Below, piece by piece: positions 37,301-51,701 of a DNA stretch of 64,000 bases (positions within the stretch are counted from its first letter, which is position 1; each line of letters starts with the position of its first letter). Source of the DNA: Eledone cirrhosa. Taxonomy: Eukaryota. Below the pieces are notes generated by a model. It was not told the DNA's origin and did not search any database. It worked only from the letters and a program-made list of their open reading frames with translations. Position numbers and translations under genes: made by a program. Location: assembly GCA_964016885.1 (NCBI GenBank), contig OZ024743.1, positions 221,898,001-221,962,000 on the forward strand, given 5' to 3'.

Positions 37301-38870
37301 ATTTTTACTTGTTGGGCTGAGAGGTTTGTATTTGAAAGGTTGATTATTTTCGGTTTTTCAAAATCGGTTTGTGCCACCGGGTGTCGTGAGTCCTTGGTCT
37401 AAAAAATGATTTTTCTGGAATGTTTTTTCAATGGTATTATTATATCTAATGGTATTTCCCCTGTTGTTGTGTGGTCTTGTATAGAAGTTTCGGACGTATT
37501 GAGGTTCGGTTTGTTGATAGTCCGGTTTGTAGATGTTGTTCCTTTGTGTGGGTTGGGATCTACGGTTTTGGAACAGGCTCTGTGTGGGCAGGGGTCTACG
37601 GTTTTGGAATAGGTTTTGTGTGGGTTGTGATCTGCGGATCAGGTCCTGCCTTGTGTTCGGGGATCTTTGGTTTTTGTTAGTAGGGTTATAGTTTTGTCTA
37701 TGGTTTCTGGGATTATCGTTATAGTTTTGCTGGGGGGGTGTTGGACGTTTTGTTACTTTTTTTGTTATTTGTTGTGCATGTGGTGTGTGAGTTTTAGTTT
37801 GTTTTAAAAATGGGTTACCTGTATGTTGTTCATTTTTGAAGTCCATTTCGTAGTTGTTGAACCAGGTGGCGTTTTTTCCCATCGCTGGAGGGATGTTAGT
37901 TCTTCATCCTCACAGTTTTCTTTCCAAAGTTTTAAGGTTTTTTGTAGAGTAGGCCTTCAGAGTGCTTTGAGATTTCTGTGTCCATCTGTTGGTCGAGTGA
38001 CTTGAATTTTTCTTCGTTGGAGTTGGCTCTTAATCGCAACAATTCTATTTCTGTTTTAAATTTTTCCAACGCCATCTTTTCCCTAAGTTTTTGTTGGTTT
38101 TCTGGTTCATTCGGGATGGGTTTTATTTGGAGTTTTTTGGGGAGGATGATTGGGGTAGAGTTTAGCCACTTTTCATATATGTCTGCCTTGCCATTATTTT
38201 TCAGGAGATTCCAAAGGGCGAATTTGCGGGCTGTGAGCTTTTGAGTCCATATGTTGATTGGGATGTTTTTCACTGAGTGGACATCTCGTAGATTGGGTTC
38301 TAACGGTTGTTCCAGCTTTTGGAGCATTGCTGTTTCAATGGTTTCGATTAGCTTAGTTAATACTGGCGTAATATTCGTCTCTTGGGTATTTTCTGTTTCT
38401 TCGTGGGGTCCTTTTTTTATAGATGTGTATTTGGTCCACTTTGTTGGTCAAAATTGAGAGTTTAGAGGAAATCTCTTTGAGTTCATTTAAGATGTCCTGG
38501 TTCAGTGAGTTGTTGTTTTTGAGACTTTGGTGGCATTTTCGGTCTTCGTGTGGTGGGTATATATTAGAAAGTGAGGTTTTTTTTACAAATTGAAAAATAA
38601 CCGAAGTGTCCTACACGAGTGAAAGTATAAAGAAAAAGAGATGAAATCGAAAATGCAACTGGAGTCTTATTTTTTTTTTAAATATATATATTTATTTGGT
38701 TCCTTTACCGGTTTCGCAGTTCTTCTGCTTTTCAAAAGTAGAGTTGAGATGGAGGGTCTGTGATTTTTCTCACATCTGGTTGGTCTCTGAATGTTACTTG
38801 TTTTATATGGAAAAAGTTGCTCGAAATGCCAGGTTTTTCGAGAAGTAATTTGATTGGTTGGTCAATAATT
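34350..38870 (-). mobile_element. Near full-length Penelope-like element B (Neptune-like Cys linker) with 5' pseudo-LTR and long upstream ORF
   Basis: KIINLS, IIKEADKGS, LYGLPKIHK, SFDVVNLYT, GTAMGT, RYLDD, CGRSNCGTC, NLIYAIKC...YIGQT; ~38570-38870 matches ~59390-59700; several frameshifts. Confidence 0.92.
38701..38740 (-). ncRNA. Variant minimal hammerhead (UUGAAAA core); copy at 59523-59562 (+)
   Basis: ctt-TTGAAAA-gcag aagaa ctgc-GAAA-ccgg-TA-aag; ACCGGT palindrome. Confidence 0.6.
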
Positions 38871-39126
38871 ATATATATATATATATAAAGTTAACAATAT
38901 TTATATTTATATATATATTTAAAAAGTTAACAAAAATAGGAAAAGGCAACGAACGGAAACAAGGCAAAATGAAAAAACAATTTTTAAAGAGGAAACTTAA
39001 AAAAATTATTATATAACTGCTGATGTTCTTACATTGAGCTATTTATCTTACTGGTAATAAGGTAGCAATAAATTACTGACCTTCCCTATTTATGGTTTAA
39101 AATATACATAACTATAAATAGTATCC

Positions 39127-39198
<72 letters not shown>

Positions 39199-39200
<2 letters not shown>

Positions 39201-39367
39201 CTTCTCTCCCTTTCTTTGCTGAAAAAAAGAAGTAAATGACATAGTCACCACTTTAAAATAATACCGCAAGGTCTTCAAAATGTTTTTAATTAAACATACA
39301 GTATATTACCAAATATACTATACATACATTCATGTATACATCGTTATTTCAGAGCACCAATCCTAAT
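39199..39367 (+). mobile_element. Family-B retrozyme fragment between (TA)n tracts
   Basis: agcttctctccctt...gacatagtcac...ggtcttcaaaatg...ttatttcagagca aligns with 1811-1930 and with the 310-bp unit. Confidence 0.75.
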
Positions 39368-39374
39368 ATATGTA

Positions 39375-39441
<67 letters not shown>

Positions 39442-39514
39442 ATAAAAAGCAAGCAAACCAATCAAAAGGAGAAATAGGTGATTAGGTAGGCAGATTACGA
39501 TCCAGTAGAGAGAA

Positions 39515-40040
39515 GGTTAGTGTGCTCGATTGCTAGACAAGCAAACCAAGCGAGTAAATGGAAGGGAATATGTCTAACAATATATATATATTCGAGAGAT
39601 GTAGAGTTCGATTCCTTGCAGTGGCTTCTGTCCAGTTTCCAGTTTCGCCAACTATTATCTATAGTGATCGGCTGTTGTTACTGTCATATTATGCGTTTGG
39701 GACACTTAGATTCTCGATTTTTCACATTTCAAACACTACCAGAGCGATGTAAATTCATAAAGTTTTTTTTTTTTACATCCTAGACACAATCTCGCTCCAA
39801 GCTATACTACATAAAAAAAAAAAACGGAAGCAGCCGGGCATTGACACTTTAGCGTTGTGGCTAATGCGCCTGCACGATAATCGAGAAATAGAGGGTTCGA
39901 TTCCTAGTAAGTACGTCTGTCCTTTTTTTCCTTAGCTAAGGGTAGTTTACTGAATTTTGCCGATTATTATCAATAGTAATCGACTGTTACTGCAGTCATT
40001 TGTGCATTTGGGACGCTCAAATTTTCAAATTTTAAACATT
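39515..40040 (+). mobile_element. Two decayed tRNA-like/SINE units (~300-bp spacing)
   Basis: gttcgattcct B-boxes near 39606 and 39896; A-box-like tgtggctaatg; repeated tttgggac.ct..att block. Confidence 0.35.
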
Positions 40041-40298
40041 CCCAGATTTTCATTAAAATTATTTACCCACACACATATTTATATATGTGTGTGTGTGAGT
40101 GTGTGTGAGTGTGTATGTGTGTGTGGTACTTAATTTTCAATACGCTTTAATTAAAGAGATTATAAGTGAAAAGAAAAGTATTACAGTGAGTGAAATAGTA
40201 TCACAATATTATATATACACAAACACCAGACCAAAATATGTTTACTAAGTACAAAATAAGAAAACTGATATATAATGTTAGGAATGTAGAGAAAATAT

Positions 40299-40337
<39 letters not shown>

Positions 40338-40415
40338 ATATGTATGTATGTATGTATGTATGTATATATGTATGTATGTATATATGTATGTATATATATA
40401 TATATGTATGTATGT

Positions 40416-40453
<38 letters not shown>

Positions 40454-40655
40454 GTATGTATGTATATATGTATATATATATGTATGTATATATGTATATA
40501 TATATGTATATATACATGTATGTATATATGTATATATACATGTATATATATATATGTATATATGTATATATCTTTATATTATATATGTGTATATATGTAT
40601 ATATTATATATGTGTATATATGTATATATGCATATATTATGTGTATATATATATA

Positions 40656-40737
<82 letters not shown>

Positions 40738-41244
40738 AACAGTTTCGTTGCGTAATTTAGTTGACATCTCATATATTATTTAGACTCGGAATGTTTTCAG
40801 TTGTAAATAATAAGCCTTATATTTATGTTTAAAACAAGTATTAATTTACAAAGCCACAATAGTTCTGTTAATAGGTTGATGTTGTGATACTCAGTGTATG
40901 CTGTATTGTATATCTAATTAAATATTACTATGGGGTGAGGAAAAGGCAGCATTTATTTAATGAATTATGTTGTTTTAATTAATTCGGCAATTACGGAAGA
41001 TAACTCATGAAATAGCATTTCTAAAGGATTAACCTTGGTGGATTGGTATTTTTGTCGCAATACCGATGTAGGAAAATATTCAGTAGACATAACATTAATT
41101 CAGTTGCACTCAGTAACATAGCTAAAGGGGTGTGAGGATCCGCCCCGTGCGACACTTTTATGAGGGTGGCACTGATGGGTCTGCTGTAGGCTATAAGCAT
41201 TCTTTTAATGCTACAGCATAATATTATAATTGTACACAGACTAG

Positions 41245-41279
<35 letters not shown>

Positions 41280-41386
41280 TATTTTCCGTAGTGTTGTAAT
41301 ATAAATATTACACACAGTAGATGGACAGCTCACGTAGAGTTTGCTCGACGGTTCCAGTTGTAGTTCCAAAAGTAATCCGGAGAAAA

Positions 41387-43812
41387 ATAGAAGGATTTTA
41401 ATGGATACAGTTTAGTTAAAAGGAATTTATTGACACGTGTTTCTATAACAGTTACATAACCTGAAAACAGCTGCTATCTACAAAGTATTAGTTATGCAGA
41501 CATTCAATATTTCAATGTTATTATCAACTGTCATTTCATCGGAATAATTTTACTGAGGACCTGTTTGGTTTTTATAGAGAATATTAGGAGGGAGGGGTGA
41601 AGTTGTTAGAAGAATAGTTGAGGGAGTGGTTTTTTGATAGCAGTGAGAATTTTTGGTGGCAGTGAGTAATTAGATTCCCATCTGTTGTTTTGACATTTTT
41701 ATATAGTGAAAAATCTCGGGATCGAAGATAGGACAGGACCACTCTTACCGGCGGTACCCACCTTCAATCTTAAGGACCATAAGGTAAACTTTGATAATGA
41801 CCCTAAATTAGATTAATCTGCCCCTCTAAATCAGATATAGGTAAAATAAGCAAATATATCTTAGATAGAATCATCCCCCAAATTAAGGCTAAGGTTAACA
41901 TTAAACTCTGGGGGAAGACCCAAGAAGCAATAAGATGGTTTAATAGCATTAGCAATAAGAATAAATCTAAGTTTATCCAGTTTGATATCGACGAATATTA
42001 CTCATCGATATAACCTGAAACTTTGAATAGAGCCATTAAGTTTGCTAAGGATAACTCTGACCTTACAAACGATGAAATTAAGATTATATTAGAAGCTAGG
42101 AAAACTATAGTCAAATTTGAGAACAGTTATTGGGTACGTAAAGATTGACCCTCTAACTTTGACATAACAATGGGCTCTAACGATTCGGCGGAAATAACTG
42201 ATATTGTGGGGTTATTTATCGCCTTTAGACTCCAGGAAAAATTCAGCAATCTCCACGCCGGAATATACCGCGACGATGTTCTCCTCCTAGTTAAAAACCT
42301 AAATAACCAAAAACTAGAAAAACTACGCAAAGATATAAGAAAACTACTACTCGAAATAGGACTAACTATAACATATGAATACAACCTTAAAGTAGTTAAC
42401 TTCCTGGATGTCACACTCAATTTAAACTCTGGTCTGATTAAACCGTTTCATAAATTGAATGAAAATCTCAAGTACGTAAATGTTGGGTCTAACCACCCCA
42501 TCTCTATAATTAAATCTATCCCTAAAAATATTTCCCTTAGAATCTCGGGTCTATCTTCTAACATACAAGTATTTAAGGAACACGCCGAGTACTACGATAA
42601 CGCCCTTAGTAAAGCAGGCTACCTCAACAAAATAGAGTATATAGATGAGAACAATGAAAACACCCAAAATAAATCCCACATAGGTAGATATAATAACACA
42701 ACACCAAACCACACTTACTACCATAGTATACACACCAGTAAACCAACAAACAAAACTAATAGAAAGCGATGCAAAGAGTACTTATCGTATAACCCTGAAT
42801 ACAATAGTTCCATTAGTACAAATTTACCAGTACTCTTCTTTAAAATAATTAAGAGACATTTTCCTACATCACACAAATACCACAAAATCCTAAACCCTAC
42901 CACTATAAGACTGTCATACTCTACAGCGTTAAACCTTGAACAACACATACAAAAGATCAATACTAGAAGGTTAAACGAAAACACTAAAAACTTAAGTACA
43001 AAGAACACAAAAAAAACAATAGACAATAGACTACAGAACATAAATAAACCACACCTAAGTTCGTCCGCAATACTACTCCAGAGAAAACCCAACGTACACA
43101 ACTGTAACTGCACCTATCCTGACAACTGCCCCCTCGGCAATAACTGCCTGGAAAAAAATATTATTTATAAGTGTACCATTAAATCCGGAGGCAACGAGTG
43201 ATATTATGTGGGATCAACGACAACATCGTTTAAATCTCGATTATATAGGCATTCTTACTCAATAAAACACCAGAGCCAAAGAAATGTAACAACTTTAGCA
43301 GAAAAAGCTTGGACGCTCAGGGATAGCGATCAAAAGTTTACCCTAAAATGGGAGAAATTAGCTAAATAAAACCCAAAGCTTCTCCAGGAGCCAAAATTTC
43401 TGCAAATTGTGTAATCTTGAGATTTATTACATAATCACACACAAGAGGAAATTGCTGAATAACAGAATTGAACGAACATTATTCTGCCGTCACCGAACTA
43501 AACCCTTTTTTCCCACTACAAGCTGAATATTACATAAAAGAGGGACATCCCCCCAACTATATAAACCTCAATCTAATTAGAAAAATATAAAAACAATCTC
43601 TTCTCAACATATATATGTATATTAATAACCTTAAATTACCACACTAAGAATGGAAAGATATGCTGATGAGAATAGGTGCAAATATGCTATAATGAATGTG
43701 TCTAAAAGCGACCATAAGTATGTATATATATGTGAATATGTATATAAATAAGTAAATATATATATGTGTTTGATGTGTATAGTTAGATGTAAGTGCATTC
43801 ATGTATTAAAGT

Positions 43813-43877
<65 letters not shown>

Positions 43878-44550
43878 GACTGGAGTATGTGTGTATATAT
43901 GTGTGTGTCTATACGTGTGTATATAAAGATAAGTTGAGTATGAAAATGTATACACATGAACGCGTATGTATGTACATGTATATATGTGTATATATATATA
44001 TGTATGCTTGTGTATATGTATGTAAGTATGAGCATGTAAGTATGTGTATGTGAGTATATGTATTTTGTAGAGGTGTGCATATATGTTTGTGTGTGAATGC
44101 GTGGGCGAAAGGATACGTACATTTGAAAGAAAAATTTAAGTCTGAATGTTAATTAAGTGCAAACACAAAATCAACCACGCATATCTATACTATCTCTAAT
44201 CCTTCTATAGATTTAGAAAAATAACCAATAATATATTCTATAAAAATGTCAAAACAACAGATGGGAATCTAATTACTCACTGCCACCAAAAATTCTCACT
44301 GCTATCAAAAAACCACTCCCTCAACTATTCTTCTAACAACTTCACCCCTCCATCCTAATATTCTCTATAAAAACCAAACAGGTCCTCAGTAAAATTATTC
44401 CGATGAAATGACAGTTGATAATAACATTGAAATATTGAATGTCTGCATAACTAATACTTTGTAGATAGCAGCTGTTTTCAGGTTATGTAACTGTTATAGA
44501 AACACGTGTCAATAAATTCCTTTTAACTAAACTGTATCCATTAAAATCCA

Positions 44551-44555
<5 letters not shown>
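41387..44555 (+). mobile_element. Penelope-like element C (Naiad-type), 5'-truncated, with ~310-bp inverted terminal copy
   Basis: FIQFDI, FDITMGS, GIYRDD, FLDVTLNL, SNHP, CNC...CPLG..C, YYVGST, CKLC, CRH; 41393-41703 inverted vs 44239-44549; HHR-like CCGATGA-aatg..catt-GAAA at ~44400-44440. Confidence 0.9.
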
Positions 44556-44615
<60 letters not shown>

Positions 44616-44617
<2 letters not shown>

Positions 44618-45477
44618 TTATACTTGGGGAGGGTCATATTGTTATAATATTGCCAGAAACAATTGTTTCTACTTTAGGCACAAGGCCAGCAATTTTTTTT
44701 TTTTGGGGGGGGGGGTGTACTTTATTTTATCGACCTCGTAAGGATGAAAGGCAAAGTTAACCTCGGCGGGATTTGAACCCAGAACGTAAAGGGTCATAGC
44801 TATGTTGCAAAGCATGGCGTCCGACCCTCTACCGATACTGCCAATCCACCGCCCTTATATATTGCCAGAAATAATAACAGAACACACTCACTGTTTGGGT
44901 TGGTTTTCACTTCTGTATCTTTTATATCTCCATAGTTAATTTATTTTGCAATCAATGTTTATCATTGATTGACCAGCGGTTAAAAATACAGATATAAATA
45001 TATATATATATAGTCTATTAAAGTTATTTCGTCGCACATCTGCAACATCATCAGTGGTACTGTTGTATTGTAATGTCTACGCCATTTTTATTTTATTTAT
45101 TTATTTCTTCTTGTCTCTGTCTCTGCGCGTGCGTTTGCGTGTGTGTATAATGTTTGGTGTGTGTGTTCGCGTTTGAGTGTATGTGTTTTGGTTTTTGTAT
45201 TCTATCTTTGTTCACTAGTATGTGTTTTTGTGTTTGTTGTTATTGTACTTGTGTATATATTTATTTATTTATTTATTTATATTTCCCTGAAGTCAGTATT
45301 GTTTGTTTGGGTATGGTTGTTGTTCTTATTGCATTTGTTCTTTCTGTTCAACTTCGGTCTTCTTAGTTCTATCTCAGTTGCTTCTCTGATTTGCCTACCT
45401 GTTGAGTCATTTCTATGCTTAGATATTATTTTAATTTCTATGTTGTCTATATTACCCTCCTGACGTGTTCATATAGT

Positions 45478-45481
<4 letters not shown>
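44616..45481 (-). mobile_element. 3' fragment of a PLE-A-family element, interrupted by a family-S SINE (44664-44856, ~17-bp TSD)
   Basis: 45290-45481 matches the GIY-YIG end at 26490-26700; pLTR matches 25149-25364; atattgccagaaa(c/t)aat at 44647 and 44859. Confidence 0.85.
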
Positions 45482-46345
<864 letters not shown>

Positions 46346-46389
46346 GTTATTTTTAAGTCTTGATGTGGTAACTAAGTATATGTTATGTT

Positions 46390-47452
46390 TATACCATTAC
46401 TTATTTGTATAGGTAAGTATATATTACCTGTATGTTTTGTGAAGGTACGTATACTTTCTCGTACGTATATTTGATTGTATGCGTTATGGCGTATATATTA
46501 TATATTCTGGTACATATGCTTTTGGTTATGTGTATACGGGAGTTTTGCGTCTGTGTGAGTATGCGGGTTCGTACGTATGTAGGGTGTGTGTATATCTGTA
46601 CTTGGTGTTTTGGTTGACGTGCGTCTCCGAACATATGTGTATATACATGTAGGTATGTGTGTGCGCTTGTTATATACGTATTTATTTATTTATATTCGTT
46701 TATTTAATTATATGTATACACGAACACACACACACAGTTATATATATTAATATATATATTTTTATATATTTTTTATGTGTATTTGGTATCTACATTCGTA
46801 TGCGTGCGGGTACGGGCGTTGCGTGGGTTCTGTATGTGCGTGCGTTTTTGGGGGGGCGGGGTTGGGGGGGTTGTGTACGTGCGTGTATTTGAATACCTAT
46901 GGCGAGTGTTATCGCGTATGCTTGTGTATGTACGTATATGGATACGTGTATGTATTTATTTAATTTCAATTACCTCTGTATTTTATTTACTTTATTCTTA
47001 ACTCTGAAGCCGAGAATCATTCGGTTTCCTAGTTAGAATGTTAGTCTACGACTTCAGTTGTACTATTTACGTGGTTTTGTCTCTGCGTGCAATTGTTCAC
47101 CCCGCTCCACATATGACGTATTATCTTCGTTTTTTTCCGTTCATTGCCAGAGAACATCTCTATGACCCACCTAATAGAATATTAGTCTACGACTTCTTTT
47201 ATACCATAAACGTGGTTTTGTCTTTGCGTGTAATTGTTTTTCACCGCTCCAAATAATGACGTATTATATTCGTTTTTTCCCGTTCTTTGCCAGGGAACGT
47301 TCCCACGAACCAAAGTATCGTCTTCCCGTCTTCCTCCGGTTGCAACGTTTTTTGAAATATTCACTTCTGCGTTTACAGATTGACTTTGTTAGTTTCAGAA
47401 GATCCCGTTAAGGGTGAAAACAGCGATTCTTTGCTTAAACTTTAATCTGTTA

Positions 47453-47460
<8 letters not shown>
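46390..47460 (+). mobile_element. Non-coding PLE-type 3' region with ~140-bp internal duplication and HHR-like tail
   Basis: ~47035-47160 resembles ~47175-47300; the tail matches 30000-30060 and 54642-54770. Confidence 0.5.
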
Positions 47461-47522
<62 letters not shown>

Positions 47523-50514
47523 GATACATACATACATACATACATACATACATACATACATACATACATACATAAACATTTGAATTTGTAAAGCCGAACA
47601 ATGCAGGTATGGACATAGAATAAAAAATGCAGATGCAAAAGATATTGTTGACAATTAGTCTTTTACCTTAGAATTATTTAAATGTCCTTAATTTTCGAGA
47701 TAATATCTCTTCTTCGGAGGGAAGTAAAGCGGTTAAACCAGTGTTCTAAATAGCTTGCCAAGTCATGCTGACAGGAAACGATCACTTAGCTACATACAAA
47801 AATTCTGCCTAAGAAAACTCATACAACACCTACATCGCACGCTACAACAACACATACGGACTATTTCCAGCCTTGTACCACAACTCGCTGAAACCCCAGA
47901 ACCTCTGTCCAGAGTTATCTCCGCCGCTATAGAAAGGTCATACCACCATCGCCGAGACTACGAGAAAATACGCCTCACGCAAAAATTTCTCAAACTCAGC
48001 ACGGCTAACCGTCTTAACAACATCCCAACTCTAAGCACCAACAGAGGCGAACAAGACGGTACCAACACCGAACCTAGCGGCGCCCCGACCAACAACACCT
48101 GACGCAAAACACCTCGTCACAGACTTGACAGGATCCCTCTCCCGAGAGGAATTAGACCTCCTCAGCCTGGGTCCCAAGTTCATATTGAAGCAGCGACTGG
48201 ACGACAAATTATAGCTCGACATAGAAACGAATTTCTGTCGGGCTGCCTACCAACTAAAATGGATATCTACTCTCGGCAACAACACCACGGAATCTAACAA
48301 ACCCAGATTCCCGATGTACCAACTGGATCGCCCACTCTGTCCACCGCCTGCCAACCGCGAGCTTGAAGAAAAACCCCCGATTTAACATCTTACGGAAACA
48401 GAAGAAGATAGCCAAGAAACCTCTCCAGGACACAACAACTCGCCCTGAAGAACCTACGGAATAGGGAACTTATATACTTACCATCCGACAAAGGTAAAGA
48501 GTTTTGCGTCATCTCTCAAGCCACATACAACAATCTAGCCTTTGAACACCTATGCGACAATGAACTATATACAGAGATCCCGGACATGGCTGCAGCCCAG
48601 ATCGAAAAACAGACCAACTCCATCTGGTTCAACATCTGTAGGAGAAGACAACTCCCAAATAGAGTTAAGCTCAACTACACCACTAGAAATAGCAGACTGC
48701 CCACTTTCTACCACCTCATCAAGACCCACAAGAATAGTACTAAGACACAAATAAGACCCATCGTCTCTAACATAGAAGGACCTCTATACAAAATCTCCTG
48801 GCTCTTCTCCCAGGTCCTCAAGCCTCTACTCTCCACCTTTCCCGGGCATGTCAGTAGCTCCGACGAAGTTATACGTAGACTACACCAACTCCAGCCAGAA
48901 TAACTTAAACTAAATAGATACGCCTTTAGCCTCGACGTTGTCTCCCTCTACACTACAGTCTCCGCTCATCCAGCTGTCGATTTATTGATGGACTGCGTGG
49001 TCGCAGAGGACATCCACTGCTACGGCCTCCATCCGACGGACATACACCAGCTTTTGTCCTTCACAGTGGATAACACGTACTTCACCTTCCACCACCACAC
49101 ATACAGACAGACAACAGGATTACTCTTGGGATCCAGGCTATCGGGCCTGCTGGCCATCACCTATATGAACCAGCTAGAATGCCGAGCCCTCAACACCTGC
49201 CATTCCCATACCTTCTTCACCCGATATGTAGATGACATACTCATCCTCACATCATCCCGTGAGGAGGCGGATAAAATATACACAACAGTCTCCAGCATGG
49301 ACGCCAGTATAAAGTTCAGCATGGAACACCCCAATGACCGCGGATCCCTATCCCTACTGGACTTCCAACTCAGGGTAACAGAGGAAGGCAACATCCACAC
49401 CTGCTTCTATAAAAAAGCCGCCAGCAGGGACCTGTTCGTACATTTCAGATCGGCCCTCCCAGCCGGCGCTAACTTCGGATACATAAGGAAGGAACTAACA
49501 CGTATCCGGAACAAATGCACCGACGCTAGAGACCGAGACACACACACCACACATTTCCTGGAAGTACTCAAACTGAACGGATACACGGCATCCACCATAA
49601 ACCGTGCCAGAAAGAACAGAGGACACCATACCCGAGGCACTAACACTTGCTTCCTGATGCTCTCACACTTCTGTGACAATACAACAACAGCCATCCGCAG
49701 AGCTATCAGGCGAGAGGGACTAGATATCCAACTGGTCCACTCAGGACCTTCTCTACGCGGACAGCTAACCAAAAGACTCTCCACCAGATATGACAACCGC
49801 TGCAGGCTAGCCAACTTCCCCATCAACGACACAGACCTATGCCACCAGGCTTACGTTGTATACAGACTAGAGTGCGACAAATGCAGCAACTTCTTCGTAG
49901 GTAGCACCACCAGACCACTCCACATAAGAATAAAAGAACACCTCAATACTAACGCTTCCTCATTTAAGAAACACCTAGTGAAATGCAAAAACACTGTCAA
50001 AACCATGACAGTTAGGATAGAAACTAAGGAAAGAAACCTCGGCAATCTTAGAATTAAGGAAGCACTAATTATAGACAAAACACTACCACCAATCAATAAT
50101 AGACTAGAACTCAACACCCAATTTATAACTTGATAGAGCAACTAGCCCCATACTTACACCCCCTCCCACACACACGCACACACACACTCACACACACACG
50201 CTTACACCTCCACGTATTCTCTCTCACACACACACATACACACACAAAGACCAGTTCTAACACGAGATAACATCTATCTCCCATATGTACGTATAGACAT
50301 ATCTTTTCATATTCACATACACACACATACTTACACATTCACGCATTCTCCCACACACTTAAACAGACATGTACAAAAAAAACTTTTAAAGGGAGACTAC
50401 TCTTTATCTTAACCTTAACTCTTTGACATTAGAGATAGAACAGATACTCTATACTATTTCCTGTCAGCATGGCTTGGCAAGCTATTTAGAACACTGGTTT
50501 AACCGTTTTACTTC

Positions 50515-50549
50515 CCTCCGAAGAAGAGATATTATCTCGAAAATTAAGG
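50515..50549 (+). ncRNA. Minimal hammerhead with U4C core (CCGAAGA); inverted copy at ~47686-47720
   Basis: cct-CCGAAGA-a gagat att atctc-GAAA-at-TA-agg; AATT palindrome. Confidence 0.65.
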
Positions 50550-50787
50550 ATATTTAAATAAATTTAAGGTAAAAGACTAATTGTCAACAATATCTTTTGT
50601 ATTTGCATTTATATTCTATATCCATACCTGCATTGTCTTGGCCTTACAACCCAAACATTTATACCTCATTACACAGTGCTTCAAGTGAACTACAACTTCC
50701 TCCATATATATATATATATAATACATTATAAAGAAAGAAGAAACAGCAGATATAATAAGATATACCATACCCAAATTCCTTTATTAG

Positions 50788-50880
50788 TCCTCGACTACGT
50801 AGTTTCGTGGCATATTATGCAAAAACACTACATTACAGAGATACAGTATTTTTGTGATGTCTGCCAACTTATCAAGAGGA
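50788..50880 (-). ncRNA. Variant hammerhead (UUGAUAA core) with long stem II
   Basis: tcctc-TTGATAA-gttggca..caaaaatactg..tagtgtttttg..tgccac-GAAA-ctacgtag-TC-gagga; ACTACGTAGT palindrome. Confidence 0.6.
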
Positions 50881-51215
50881 TACCTCATTTAGAGTTTCAA
50901 AACACATCCGTAGGACGCGAGAGAGAATCCCGAAAGGTGGAGGGGAGTCAATCATGTGATACAGCGGTCAAGAAACGGAACTAAACCTCTTACAACCAAG
51001 AAAAAAGTACCACAAAGGCGGCGGAGGTACTTATATCAAAGATATTATCTCGATAATTAAGGACATTTAAATAAATCTAAGGTAAAAGACTAATTGTTAA
51101 CAATATCTTTTGCATTTGCATTTTTTATTCTATGTCCATACCTGCATTGTTTGGCTTTAGAAATTCAAACGTTTATACCTCATTACACAATGCTTCAAGT
51201 GAACTATAACTTCCT

Positions 51216-51253
<38 letters not shown>

Positions 51254-51255
<2 letters not shown>

Positions 51256-51414
51256 AGAAGGATTTAAATGGATACAGTTCAGTTAAAAGGAATTTATTGA
51301 CACGTGTTTCAATAACAGTTACATAACCTGAAAACAGCTGCTATCTACAAAGTATTAATTATGCAGACATTCAATATTTCAATGTTATTATCAACTGTCA
51401 TTTCATCAGAATAT
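51254..51414 (-). mobile_element. Solo 3' tail of PLE C, with CTGATGA version of its HHR-like core
   Basis: Matches 41387-41545. Confidence 0.85.
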
Positions 51415-51560
51415 ATATATATATATATATACATATATATACAGACATACATATATATATATACATACATATATATATACACTTATCTACATTTAGAATG
51501 ACGAGACGTAGTTGTTGTATCACACACACACACATATACATATATATGTATATATATATG

Positions 51561-51701
<141 letters not shown>

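Larger units (their letters stand above)
47573..51220 (+). mobile_element. Penelope-like element D (Penelope/Poseidon-like), inverted 5' pLTR, tandem 3' pLTR
   Basis: LSLGPKF, PSDKG, IRPIVSNI, SLDVVSLYT, RYVDD, VVYRLEC..C..FVGSTTRPLHIRIKEH; 47573-47778 inverted vs ~50457-50660; further pLTR copy ~51038-51220. Confidence 0.92.

Noticed and set aside
39850-39910. Functional tRNA gene
   Set aside because: A/B-box-like motifs only; no convincing cloverleaf; more likely a SINE head
42146-43201. In-frame TGA codons in Naiad-type PLE C as selenocysteine
   Set aside because: Some Naiads use Sec, but here the TGAs are not at the Cys motif positions, the copy has other stops and frameshifts, and I saw no SECIS
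43662-43690. CTGATGA as another hammerhead
   Set aside because: No stem II or GAAA at a suitable position
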